Shown piece by piece: positions 63,480-64,000 of a stretch of DNA of 64,000 nt (its first letter is position 1; each line of letters starts with the position of its first letter). The stretch spans positions 80,290,001-80,354,000 of the forward strand of contig NC_135810.1 in NCBI RefSeq assembly GCF_964213995.1, given 5' to 3'. Below the pieces are notes generated by a model. The model saw nothing but the letters and a program-made list of their open reading frames with translations. It was not told the DNA's origin and made no database searches. This stretch comes from Mustelus asterias. Taxonomy: Eukaryota. A program made the translations under genes and the position numbers.

Positions 63480-64000
63480 AGCACTACTCTCTTATATATA
63501 GACACTATTCCAGGATTATGTGTTGGAATGCAAGAATAACCTCGATTTTTTTCCTCTATTATCAATAGCCTGTTTAAACATCTCTCCCTTGCTTACTTCA
63601 GCCATAAATTCAACAAGTGCAAGGAACTCATCGACTTTTTTGTCACCAAGATCAGAACGACCTTATCATCATCTAACTCTGCTGCATACCTTCCTTGCCT
63701 TGCTCACCAAGATTTCCCCATTTTAGTTCTGAACCCGCAACTTTGAAGTTTCTCTTCCATCATCCCCGTTGCCCACACCAAACATGACATCACAGCCATG
63801 TCCTGCTCTCTCAGTCCTGTTCCCAATAAACTGCCAGCCACCTATCTTCACTTCCTGCCCTCTTACTAATTGATGAATGGTTCCCTCTCTTCACTTACTA
63901 TTCCTCCCCATTTCAAATCTGACATTAACACTCCCATCCTCAAACAACCCAATTTTGTCTCCTTTGTCAGTGTAAATTATGATTCTGCCTTAAGCCTGCC
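63480..64000 (+). mobile_element. Decayed L2-type LINE
   Basis: AAGTGCAAGGAACTCATCGACTTTTTTGTCACCAAGAT, TCCTGTTCCCA.TAAACTGC, AATTATGATTCTGCC remnants of L2 ORF2. Confidence 0.6.

Overview
Repeat-dense vertebrate intronic or intergenic DNA, very likely from a shark or other elasmobranch, because it carries HE1-type V-SINEs and SacSINE1-like Deu-SINEs. No host protein-coding exon, rRNA, tRNA gene or CRISPR array is recognisable. The window holds many CR1 LINEs, including a young near-full-length copy at 40573-44572 whose ORF2 is broken only by one TAG and a 5'-truncated copy with an intact RT frame at 60777-62402. It also holds Rex/Babar-like and L2 LINEs, Penelope-like fragments with hammerhead ribozyme motifs, decayed PIF/Harbinger elements (HARBI1-like transposase plus Myb/SANT-like partner) with their GGG-TIR MITEs, and a hAT MITE with an 8-bp TSD. 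The most interesting signals are: (1) a canonical U_UUA_AAC -1 frameshift heptamer joining CR1 ORF1 to an AUG-less ORF2, echoed in a second CR1 family; (2) a ~440-bp module flanked by 23-bp direct repeats and containing a multi-stem RNA fold in the same CR1 3'UTR; (3) an intact minimal type-I hammerhead; (4) four local inverted duplications of 150-320 bp suggesting recurrent template switching. Family names rest on motif recognition by eye, and boundaries of old elements are approximate.
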